Shown here piece by piece: positions 23,701 to 35,529 of a DNA stretch of 64,000 bases. The stretch is from Hemiscyllium ocellatum. Taxonomy: Eukaryota. The position numbers and the translations under genes are program-made. Location: the NCBI RefSeq assembly GCF_020745735.1, contig NC_083428.1, positions 39,866,001-39,930,000 on the forward strand, given 5' to 3'. The notes under the pieces were generated by a model that searched no databases, was not told the origin of the DNA, and saw only the letters and a program-made list of their open reading frames with translations. The stretch's first letter is position 1. The number at the start of each line of letters is the position of its first letter.

Positions 23701-24461
23701 CACGTTGGTATCAACCTCCATTAGAACCAGGTGACCATTCAACCAGACATTTATTTTGATTGTGTGATTTTGATGTTGCTCCACAATTTAACTGTTTCAA
23801 GACCAATGCAAATGGGCGTTCTAGGGTGTACACTGTCCTGGACACCAGCCTACAGGTTCTTTAACTCACTTCAGGCCTAGTGTGTCTCTGTTGCTGTCTC
23901 GGTCCTGCACACCGGCAGCATCTACAATGGCTTGCCAGCCCCGATCCTGGAAAATGTTGATCTGTTTGGCTGAGGCTTGGCTTTGTTTTAGGGTTTTGCT
24001 GTGGTTTGACCTAGAGTCCTCCGGTTCAGGATATGTCCTGAGTGAGGCGATGCTGCAGGCTCAGTCTGCCCAGGAAAGGGGTCCATTTCCATCGGCATAC
24101 CCTCTAACTCTTACACTCCACTTGTCACATTTTCTAATGACACAGCCAGTTGTTGTGCCTGTTCGAAGTCCAGTTGGGCTTCAGCTAGCAGGCACCTTTG
24201 CATGGTTACATCATTAGTCCCAGTCTTATCGCCATTGAAATAACTTCACAGAGGCCTGTATCACCTCAGCCTTTATTTACAGCTGCATAGTGCAAGATGC
24301 TGATCCGGCTTCCTCCGCACCAGCTCCGAGTGAACAGAACCTCTGACACTCCTGTTTGTATCTGTCAGGCAGGACTCCCTCTGATTAGACCGGATTAACA
24401 GCCTCAATAAGGGAACTCGTGCTCTGAGGTTCACCTGGCTGACTTCATTTCAATCTCTACC
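20773..24461 (-). mobile_element. Degenerate Ty3/Gypsy LTR retrotransposon in the J-C intron
   Basis: 5-bp TSD ACTTC (20768-20772 / 24462-24466); LTRs at 24236-24461 and 20773-21644 (the latter interrupted); PBS-like tggcgataag; PPT agagagggggatgga; TDHQP RNase H, RWPGLDAGIATLVGQCAECQQ integrase zinc finger and LGRRLHTRL fragments. Confidence 0.88.
22285..22595 (-). mobile_element. Shark tRNA-derived SINE inserted in the Gypsy element (copy 1 only)
   Basis: Head gggcagcacggtggc... on minus strand, (ctaat)n tail; absent at 51535-51545 of copy 2. Confidence 0.88.
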
Positions 24462-26186
24462 ACTTCCTGCTTCAACACTTGTTTTTTTCCCCCCCCCCCT
24501 CCTTGCCTTCAGACTTTACATCTCTAATCCATCCTCAGCTTTTCTCCTTTCCATTTCTGGGGCAGATGAGCAAACCAATGTTTGCTGTAAGCCGACTGAA
24601 ATTCCTAACTTTCTTAGAGCACTGTCTCCTCTCACTCACTCTGGGAGCTCTATTTCATTCTTCTCACCTCAATCTCTGAGGAATCTGACGATGACCATAA
24701 CGATGCTTCTGTTGTGTCTCCCCTTCTCCTTGAGCAAGGAAGCCCCACCTCTCTCATCACAATCTCTTGCTTTAATGTGGCTCCTTTTTTAATATAGTAG
24801 TAAACTGTCCCCAGGACATACAGATTTATCAAATAAAATGTTACTTCAGCACCTAATGAAGTATTACATTAAAGGCCAAATTGATAGAATTTAAGGCATT
24901 TCACAAACCATTTTTTCTTCATAGGTGATTTGTCAAGCCGTTGGTGTTCACCTCCTCACATTCTCCCAATACGTGCTGGAACTCTCCCTCCACTCCCTTT
25001 CCTTCATTGTCATCGTTTGCTCTCATTGCTCCTTGGAGACTTGTTGCTTTGATTTAGGTTTTGCACGTTCTGAGGCTGGAGCTTAGGTTCTGAGATGAAT
25101 TCACTGAGATGGTGTAGCCGTCACTCTGTAGCCGGACTGTGGCAGGAGTGAGCGTGCAGTAAAAGGGCTAGCTGGGTTTTTGTTGAGTTTCAGTACTGAT
25201 ACCCCAGACCCTAGCCTTTACCACTCGCTCATTGTGAGCTGCTGCTGAACATCATGCTGACATTGAACCTGTGCCAGGAGTTGATGTTGCTGCATTGTGT
25301 ACACTGCCATCAGCCTTTCCTCATTTGGAGGAATCTGAGGGAAATAAAGGTGATGTTGAGGCTGGGGAAAGGATCATTGAAGATCAAGCAAGAAGTTCTT
25401 TTGTTCTTCTCACCTTGAATGGGCTAATTGGAGTATCCTCACAGACCATTCCATGTCATGTTGCTCATTAGTCTGTAGAGATCAGGACCACACACATGGA
25501 GCTTTCAGTCAAAGCTGTGGAGAGTTTGAGATAATTTTATTCCCAAATGCCAGAGGTTGGCATTGAAGAGGCACGGTGATGTAGGAATGGGGAGTAGGTT
25601 AACAGGAATATGGTCGGATAGGTCAGAGCTGTAATTCCCAGGTGTGGTTCTCCTTTACGCTGACTTTGTTTGTTCCCCTCAAATCCATGAAGCTCAGTGT
25701 CACAGCTCATCACAATAGGTTTTCGGGAAGAACAGGAATTGCTGGAAAACTCAGCAGATTTGGCAGCATCCGTAGAAAGAAAGCAGAGTTAGATTTTCAG
25801 GTCCAGTGATGTTCTACAGAAAACAGATTTTGAACTTTGAAAGCAAAGATCAGAGTCAGGGATCACTGAGATCAGCCGCAGTGTCCCTGATACATTACCT
25901 GGGATGACCCAACATAGCACAGACCTGTGTACAGCCATTGAGTTGGAAGTGAATTCCCCACAGTGAATGATGCTCAAATCCACAGGACAATTGGTTTGAC
26001 ATCCAAATTTAGTACTTTCTATTGTCACAAACCTCAACAGTCTTAGCAGAGGGATGCTAACTCCCACAATAACCTTCTGAGGCCCAATTCTGGAAGCTGC
26101 AACATCTCAAACCTGTTCTTATTAAACTGAAATGATGTTATATTCTTTGCTAACTTTGTACGCAAACATTGTCTTTTCTCTTGCAG

Positions 26187-26509
26187 CTCAGCAACTCCCT
26201 GACCCTTCAGTAAAACTGCTTGGGCCTTCAGATGAGGAGATGTCCAGGAAAGGAGCCGGCACGTTAGTTTGTCTGGTCAGTAAACTGTCCATGGGCTTTG
26301 CTGCGGTCAGCTGGACAGTGGATGGGAGTCCGACGAGCAGTGATGTCCAAACCAGCATGGTGTCCCGTGACCCGGACAACAGCTTCAGTCTCAGCAGCTA
26401 CCTGACCGTCCCTGGCAGTGATTGGAGCAGTGGGAAGGTGTACTCCTGCACAGTGCAACAAGGAACAGCTTCAGGAACGACCGCAACAGTCTCTCAATCC
26501 GGCTGTTAA
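26187..26509 (+). CDS. Ig light chain C exon (sigma-like), cluster 1
   Basis: Acceptor tctcttgcag; (A)QQLPDPSVKLLGPS...TLVCLVS...VSW...SLSSYL...YSCTVQQ...SGC-stop; C1-set Cys/Trp pattern and terminal Cys. Confidence 0.96.
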
Positions 26510-26849
26510 ATATTTGGAAGTTTCATATGTGTTTGCTGTCTAACTTCGGCAGAAAATGTCACTGATCTTCCACCCCTTCACCATTACCCAGCCTCTTCCT
26601 CTGGAGTCTGCTGCATTTTGTGTTCCTGTTTTGCTCTGTGTTTGTGCTGTATTATGTTTGAAGTGTTTGTGCCTGAGGCAGGTTCTGTTCAGTTTCTCAT
26701 TTCAAGTTTCAGTGACCAGTGACTTGGCTCCAGTCAGGAATTTCAGTTCATGTGGGTGCTGTGCTCAACACCCCATGCTGGATTTCATGTGAGTTCATGA
26801 TCAGCCAACAGCATCAGGCGAGTAAGAATTGTTGCTGAGTGTAATGTTC

Positions 26850-26855
26850 AATAAA
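26850..26855 (+). terminator. Polyadenylation signal of cluster 1
   Basis: First AATAAA seen after the C stop, about 340 nt downstream; conserved in copy 2 and followed by GT-rich sequence. Confidence 0.7.
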
Positions 26856-28559
26856 AAGAATCTGTGCAGGAAATCCTTCCGTGTATTTGGTCCTCTCTCA
26901 CTGCATCTACACAATATAGGGCATCTACTCCCCAAGACACTTTCAAAATGACGTTCCAAATTTGTGACTTCTCCTAATTTAGAGGAAAAAATAGCAACAA
27001 AAGCATGGGCATACCATTCCCATGTCCTGACCTGGAGATTATTGCACTGTTCCTGGAATTCCCTTCCACAGAATAGTGAGTTGAACATTAATAGCAGTTG
27101 AAGAAGGGAGTTCATCGACACCTTCTCAAGGACAGTTAGAGATGGGAAATAAATGCTGGCCTTGCCTGTGGTGTTCACACGCACATGGAATAATTTTAAA
27201 AAGATTCTGTACTTCCCCCTCCCCCAGTTCTGATTTGATTTCTTTTTGTCCCAGAAGAGCTTGGATACGAGAGTTGGCTCAGTCAACTGGAGAGTTGCCA
27301 CTCTAACATTGAGTTTATATAGAAATAATCTTGGCAATTACAGACCGGACAGTTTACCAGCAGCAGAAGAAACTTCTAAATGTGACATGGAAGATGGATT
27401 AATGTTCACCTGGAGACAGGGACTTATTAGGATGACCAGAATACATTGATAAATATGTATCTCGATTGAAAAGTGCAAATGTATGTTATGAAGAGAAAAG
27501 AAATTCAGTCAATGTTTTTACGCAGACTTTCACAAGGGGATTGGGAAAATGCAACACTCAAGACTTGTTCAACTTAGGAATGTGGTAACATTGAAAGGAA
27601 AAAGTTTTGTGGTTCATAGATATTAATTTGTCTGGAGGGACATTCAAGCTGTGGTGTTTAGATATAAGTCCAATAAATAAAGAGATGGTGGAGCAACTCA
27701 GTCCCATTGAGTTTTGTGACATACAGGAACTCCAGGCCATTTCCTGTGATGTGGACAAGGATTTTTGTTGAATCCATCCAAACAGACAATTGCAGCCTCC
27801 AAGTAATGCAAGTGCAGGAGAGCACTTCCAACAAAGCAGCACTGCCTCAGTATTGTAGTCGAGCAGCAGCCACGTTTTGGGGCTCAAATTCTGGTGTGGG
27901 ATTTATACCCAGAACGTCAGGGTAAGCAACTGTCCTCTTAACTGAGCTGCAATCCCCTGGTGTTGTTGGACAATCAGATGGACAGGAATTGTCATCGGTT
28001 CAGTTATATGTTGACATCACTGCAGTCCTTTTTGTTTTGTTATTCCTTTGGGGAGCGTAACCAGATCCCGAACTTGGTTCAGTGTACAGGGTTTGTACAG
28101 AAGGCTTGAAGGAGTTAATGATATGTATTTCGAGAGTTAGGAAAACAGACAAGCTTTTCTTTGCCCCCAGCCCTGATTTCATGATGGTACTTTGTTTGGT
28201 GCCATGTCAAGAATGCCACTGAGCAGCTGCATTTTGAGAGAGGGTGGGTGAACTGCCAGAGGTCATGTCCCATCATAGTGGGAATGACATCGTCAGATAC
28301 AAAAATGTGGTCCTCCAGACAGACTTTAGCAAGCAGGGAAAGGTTTAAATAAGAAGTACCTCAAGGGAAGCAATCTCTGGATAACACGTAGTACCATGCA
28401 CTGTTGAGTAGAGAAATTGGAGAATAATGCAGAGGAGAGAAGCTGGAGAAATGATGCAGCAGAGAGGGAATGTTGGGACATTGAATATATTTTAAAGAAT
28501 ACAGCCACTCGGCCCATCCAACCTGCCCTGCTGTTCAATACGATCATGGCAATTGAAGA

Positions 28560-29650
28560 CTTCAATGCCTTTTAATCACCCCATGGCCATAAAGTCCTAC
28601 ACCACTGGTAATCCGATGTAGAACAAGGGATCCTGGGGGTTTATCAACTTCATTCCAAATACGAATCATTCTGAGTGAAAAAAGCTTGTCTTTCATGGCC
28701 TTTTTCTATCTTTATCCTCTCACCTTACAAATCTGCCCCATGTTATTGAACTCCACTACCCTTGGGAAAAGACTCTTGCTCTGTTGTTGGGATATCTGGT
28801 CAGCATGGACAAGTCGGACCAAAAGGTCTGTCTCCATGCTGTACATCTCTATGTTCATCTTATCCATGTCCCTCATGATTTACTAAACCTCCATAAGGTC
28901 ACCCCTCATCCTCCTACTTTGCAGTTAAAAAACTCCCAGCCTCTCCAGACTACCTTCATAACTGAAACCTTCCAATTCTGGCAATATGCTGGTAATTTTT
29001 TTCTGAACCCTCTCCAATGTCATAATATCTTTCCTGTAGCAGGGCAACCAGAACAGCACACAGTACTCCAGAAGACACCTCACCAACATCCTGTACAATT
29101 TCAATATGACCTCCCAATTCCTATACTCAAAGATCTGAGAAATGAAAGCAAATATGCTAAAGGTCTCCTTAAGCACCCTGTTTGCATGTGATGCAGATTT
29201 CAAAGAATTATATAGCCCAGGTCTCTCTTTCTACAACACTACCCAGGGCACTACCATTAATTATGAGTCCTGGTTTTGTTTGTTTTACCAAAATGCAATA
29301 TGTCGCATTTATCCAAATTAAACTGACCTGCCACTCTTCAGTACATTGACCCAATTGACCAAAGTTTCTTTGTAATCTTAGATAACCTTCATTAGTGTCC
29401 ATGATACCACCAATCATGGTGTCATCCATACCAATCTTGCTTCCATAATTCTCATCCAAATTGTTTCTATAAATAACAAACAACAGTGGACCCAACATTG
29501 ATCCCCGCGGAACATGTCTGGTCACAGGCCTCCAGTGTGAAAAACAACCCACTAATACCATCTGTCCCCTATCTACAAGCCAATTTTATATCCAGTTGGC
29601 TAGCTCTCCCTGTGTTCCATGTGATCTAACTTTACTATTTAGTCTACAAT
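28560..29650 (-). mobile_element. CR1 LINE fragment
   Basis: LYRMLVRCLLEYCVLFWLPCYRKD and VPRGSMLGPLLFVIY fragments. Confidence 0.8.
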
Positions 29651-32600
29651 GTGCTCCTGCTGAGCCAAGAGTATTATTTAAAGAATTGATTCATTATTAT
29701 GCAACATACGAAGAAGATAATCCAATGACAACATTTTATTATTTCATATAACCCTTACATAGTATTTGGGCATATAAGTGATCTTCATAAATAATTTAAA
29801 TGTAAATATAAAATGACTATTAAAGTTGAAATTCAGATTAAAATCAGAATAGAGACTCATGCAAGACATTCTGTAATGTGTCCAAATTGAGGCACTGAAA
29901 AATATCTCATCACAGATTCTTAAACAGGTATTACCAGATCTCATATCGTCATCAGATCTAATACATTTCATACAAGTCATGAGGTGATTCCATTTTATTG
30001 AAAGTTTCATTGCTAATTTTGTGTGATCAAGTTTTAGGGTACAACTTTGTGCTACCCAGACGTTTCAGGAAGTTTGACCTGATTTTGTTCCCAAATGTTC
30101 CGATTTCATAAATCTCAGGTGTTTACAGACCACATGGAGAACTTGAATGGAGACTTAATGTAACTTGGTTCACTAATTATTTTGACCCACTGTGCATTTC
30201 TAGAAGGTTTTGTTTCAGGATTCTGTCAAATGATTTTTTTTTTCCATTTGATGTAAAGGTTTCTTTTAATCTATTACTTTGAATTGCTTTGCTGCCATTA
30301 CCTCACACTGTGTTCCTGATGAACAGTTATAGCATCACCTGATCTCCTAACATCCTGCACCTCTCCTTTATGTGAAGATTGGTGACATCACTGGCAAGGC
30401 TGGCATTTGTTGTCCATCCCCAATTAGTCTTGAATTGAATGACTTCCCCATTTCAGAGAGGATTTAGAGTCAACTATGTTGCTGTGTACTGGAGTCACAT
30501 GTAGGTCAGATCAGGTATGGATGGTAGATTTCCTTCCCAAAAGGTCATTAGTAAACCAAAAACAATAATGGATGCATGGCTAATGTTACTGAGACTTGCT
30601 TTCAATCCCTGTTTTCATTAAGTCAATTCAAATTCTGCCCGCTACCAAAATGGGATTTAAATCAATGACCCCAAAGCATTACTCTGAGTCTCTGAATCAC
30701 AAGTCCCGTGATATTATCACTCTTCATGAGATTGAGAAAATATAGCACTTGCCCCATTTCCATTCAAACTGCCACCCTATCTCCCACCATCTCCCCCTCG
30801 CTATCTCACCCTGAGCTCCAGGTTGGGCACCAACACTGCCCAGGCCGACAGTATTACAGCCAGACAACCATTCTCCATGTTGGCGGGCGATTGAGCTTCT
30901 GGAGAGGCTGCACCCCAATCCGGCCTTCTCTTTAACTAGCACCCTCCTATGTACAAGCTTTACAACCCAGGGAATGAAGAGTAAAAAGCTGCAGTGATGT
31001 AAGCTAAGGAAAACCACAGAATGTGGGAAATACCTGCCATGTTTGGCAGTTTCTATGGAGAAAGAAATCTAGTGAACATTTTAGATCAATAAGCCTCTCG
31101 ACAAAACTACAAAATCTTAGCTACACTTTCCTCCAATTATAGTTCCAAATAATTCTTTCTGGGATGAGGGAATCACCAACTAGGGCAGCATTTACTGCCC
31201 ATTCCTAATTACCCAGAGGGCAGCTAAGGGTGAACCACATTGCTATGGGTCTGGAGTCATATGCAGCCCAGGCCAGGTAAGGATAGCACTTTCCTTCCCT
31301 GACAGACATTAATGAACCAGATGGGTCTTTCCAACAATGGTTTCATAGCCATCATTAGTCTCTTCATTCTAGTTTTTGATTATTGAATTCAAAATTCACC
31401 ATCTGTTGTGGCAGGATTTAAACCCAAGTCCCCAGAATATTCCCTGTGTTTCTGGATTAACAGTCCAGCAATAATCACACTAAGCCATCACTTCATCTAT
31501 GAACCGTGGTCCATTTATAACTGGGGCAGAAGGTGCTTATAGATGTCATGTTAATAACTGGAGTGCATGTTCTGCGATGATTGATACTTTACTGAGGATT
31601 CAAGTCGACTCTAATAAAGGAGGGAAAGTGAAATGCCTCTGGGTTTGCACTGCGCATTTGAACATATTTATGAGGACATAAGCAGTTTGATGAAGGTAAG
31701 CAGTTAAAAATAGAGGTCACTGAAATCTTGAACTGATTTTCGTATTTCAGTGGAAGTCTCTCACAAACAGGGAACAGCTTGATGTGTATGTCCAGGTCTT
31801 TGGTATGCTATTCCTATGACATTTCTCTCTTTCAAACACAAGTGAAACATGAAGATGTGAGGTCACTCAAAACATCGATAACAAAGCAGACCTGGAAGGT
31901 GCAATCATTTCCTTTAATCAATGTCTCCACTGTGACAGGAAAACAGCACAATGCCACCTCATCCATCCAGCCATTGACGCACAGTGCCACTGCCTGCCAC
32001 TAGAGGGAACTTGTCCAAGCAGTCAGCTTTCAGCTCCAAGGCGAACAATTACAACACATGGCTGATGGTGATGAGGATCTGAAACCTGAACACAGGCTGA
32101 GGGAACCAGTTATTGTAAGGAACAACCACTTCATATATGCTCTTACTAACTTAGGTGGAAATAAAATAGCTTATTAATGCACATAACACAACAAAATGGC
32201 TTCTAGGCTGCAAATTGACAATTCTGCTTAAAGCTGCATAAAATGGCTTTTAACCTGCGAAAGCTGCATAATTGACTTGACTACAATCTGTCTCAATGAA
32301 GATTATCATACACTGCTTCCTTTACAGCATTGAAATAATTAGACTAGATAAGACACCACTGGCCATCCTAACTGACCTCAGGATGTGCAGATGCAAAAAC
32401 CCAGTTCATGAGATAAGAATGGCTTAAGTTTTGGAAAACAAATTTAGTTCCCAGGAAATATCATTGGGTTGAGTTGCTGTCAATAAAACCATTCTGTTAA
32501 TTAATTGGTAATTTTATACATTTATGAGCTGTACCTCTCTTTAAGAAAAGAATAAAAAGGTCTTTGTTTTAAGCCATGTGCGCAAATCCTCTGAGGAACA

Positions 32601-33999
32601 CAAAGTGTTTAACCTCTGTGTTTCTGGATGATCTGTGCCCGGCTGCGAGTAATAAAGTGTGAAGTCTTAAATAATTAGACCGATAGCTAGTGTTTATTGA
32701 CCAATCGTGGAACAGAGAGACCCCACACCCGGGGGTCCAGATCTTCAATGACAGCTTCTAATGCACAAAGGAATAATTGTGAAAGCAAACTATTGGTTTA
32801 TAGAATGTATAATAACCCAAAGGGTAATTATAGGCTGGTGATATAATGATCATGAGTGTAAGACACATTTCAGATTGGACACAGGAGGAGACATCTCTCG
32901 AGTTTTCATCGAAACCACATTTTGGTTGAAGCCTGAGTTTCTCCAATCATCCATCTTTTGATTTCATGGCCCAGACATTGTCTGACTGAAGGTACAAAGC
33001 CAGATTTTGCTCTTTTTCAATAAAATGGAAGAGAAATGTCCTTTGTGTCATCTATAAGTCACTCATTGTTTGATATCACTTTCCATCTCAAAGTACAAAG
33101 ACAGCAGTTATATGGGGACACTCCCACCTGCCAATTCCCCCTTTAAACCTGTACCATCCAGCCTTGGAACTCGATTACCCTTACTATATTGTCACTGGGT
33201 GGGAATCATGGAAGTGCCTTCCTAACAGCTCTGTGGGTTTGTACACCTGAAAGACTGCAGCAATTCAAGAGGCCAGCTCACTGTCAGGGCAATTAGCAAT
33301 GGGCAGTAAATGCTGATTGTGAAAATAACACCCACATCCTGAGAATGAATAGAAAAATCAAGGGTCAGCCATTTAAGATAGAGGAGAGAAGGAGGAATGT
33401 GTTTCCTCAAAGGATTAAGCTCTTAAAAAAGTTTCTTTGCCAGAGTGTCGTGGAGGCTGAGGCTTTGAATATGTTTGAGGCTGCGATGGACAGATCTACA
33501 GTAAAATCAAATAATATAGGGTAGAGACAGGAAAGTGGTGTTGGGGTCATACAGTCATTGAGTCATACAGCACAGAAAGGGACCCTTCAGTCCTACTCTT
33601 CCACTCTGACCGAGTTCCATTTGCCATTATCAGTTAAACCATGCTCTGATGAAAGGCAGGGTATGCTCGAGATTTCTTTGCTCCTGTATCTTATGTTCTT
33701 AAGATCTTACACAGAATACACAGTCTAGAATGGTGGTGCAAACAGACCAAATAATAAATTTCAACAGAGTGTGCATATTTCTTGAAATTAATTGAAAAAT
33801 TATGTTGTGGAAATTCATGTGTTAATCCTTTCAGAGAGTCAGTGGGTGAAATCTTTCTGTGCCCTGAACAACATGAGCTGCAGTGAGATATTTGGGACAA
33901 TGGTGTGAGGTGTTGAGTGAAGTGGAGCATGAAACCCTGTCTGCAAGTGGCCACTGTTATCTTCCACCACAGAGTGGCACAGTGAATCATTGGTGAGCA

Positions 34000-34260
34000 C
34001 TGCTGCCTCCTAGTGTCAGGGATCAGGGTTCAGTTCCAACACTGGGAATGTCGGTGTGAAACTTGCATATTTTCCTTGTGTCTGTGTGGGTTTCATTGAT
34101 GCGTTCTGGTTTTCTCTCACAATCCAAAGATGTGCAGGTTAGGTGGATTGGACATGCTAAATTGCTTACAGTGTCCAGGCGATGTGCAGGCCTGGTGGAT
34201 TATCTGTGGCAAACGCAGGGTGATAGGGTTGGGAGAGTGGGTCTTGTTGGATGCTCTTCT
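34000..34260 (+). mobile_element. Shark tRNA-derived SINE
   Basis: gcactgctgcctc...tccaaagatgtgcaggttaggtggattgg core. Confidence 0.7.
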
Positions 34261-35529
34261 GAGGTGTCAAGGACTGTTTATGTGTAAATAAGGGAGATTT
34301 AGTGATGGGACACTGTTCTCTGTGGAGATAGTTCAGATAGAATAGCGGCATTTAGGCAGACATGGACAAACACGGAAGAGAGGGATAGAGACTATGTGTT
34401 TGCTGAAGAGATTAGTTTAGAATGGCATCACGGTCAGCACGGTTATGATGGGCTGAAGAGCCTGTTCCTGTACTGTACCGTTCTATGTTCTCGAGGACAA
34501 TTTAGTGTGCACTAGGCCATTGCTCGCTCTAGACAGTCATCCTGCTTTGTAGCTTCACCAGGTTGACACCAGATTTTAAATTTGTCTTGTGCTGCTCCGA
34601 GTATGCCCTCCTGTAGTTTTCATTGAGCTGGGGTTGAATGTCTGGTCTGATGGTATTACTACAGTGGGGGGATAAGCTGGGACATGAAATTGTAGATTGG
34701 AGTATGATTCTGTTGCTGCTGATGGCCCTCAGTGCATTATGGGTGCCTAGTATTGGGTTGGTAGATCTATTCAAAATCTGCCCCATTTAGCATGGTTCGT
34801 TAAAGATAGATGCCTCTGCACAGCAATGTCTTCTGACGTATTCTCACAATTTACTTCAGCAAATGTGTGCCTGATACCGCCATAATTTTGTTCATTACAA
34901 TTTAACATTAAACACAATGTTATCAGGCGACTAAGCCAGTACAAGTCAGGCTGCTCACAGCAACAGAAATGGGAATTATATAAGAAAGGCTGAATAGGGG
35001 CTGTTTTCCTTGGAGCAGTCATTCTAAATGTGTATAAAATCATGAGAGGCATGGATAGGGTAAATAGACATGGTATTTTCTCTGGGTTGGGTGAGTCCAG
35101 AACTAGAGGGCACAGGTTGAAGGTGAGAGGGTAATGATTTAAAAGGGACCAAAGGGGCAACTTTTTCATGCAATGGGTGTATGGAATGAGCTGCCAGAAG
35201 AAGTAGTGAAGGCTGGTACAATTCCAACATTTAAAAGGCATCTGGAAGGGTATATGATTAGGAAGGGTTTAGATGGATATGGGCCAAGTGCTGGCTAATG
35301 GGACAAGATTAATTTAGGATATCTGGTCAGCATGGAGGTGTTGGACTGAATGGTCTGTTTCCATGTTGCACCCTCTATGATTGTCAGACTCAAAATGTGA
35401 GTCAGCTCTACTGTACATTAAGATCATGGCTGTTATGATTAAGACGTTAATTCCATTTTCCTGCCCATACCTCATAATTCCAGCCTTGACTTCATGGCTT
35501 TCAAAAATCTGTTTAACTCAGCCTGGAAT

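Noticed and set aside
19147-26509. Ig heavy chain, TCR, or lambda/germline-joined light chain identity
   Set aside because: No D segments, a single C exon ending in Cys-stop with no TM exon seen, V-12/J-23 RSS arrangement, split V and J, and a sigma-like long CDR2 and C motifs.
30188-30312. Downstream CACTGTG heptamers as a kappa-deleting-element analog
   Set aside because: No nonamer at 12 or 23 spacing (about 4/9 at best); the second heptamer is mutated in copy 2; frequency fits chance.
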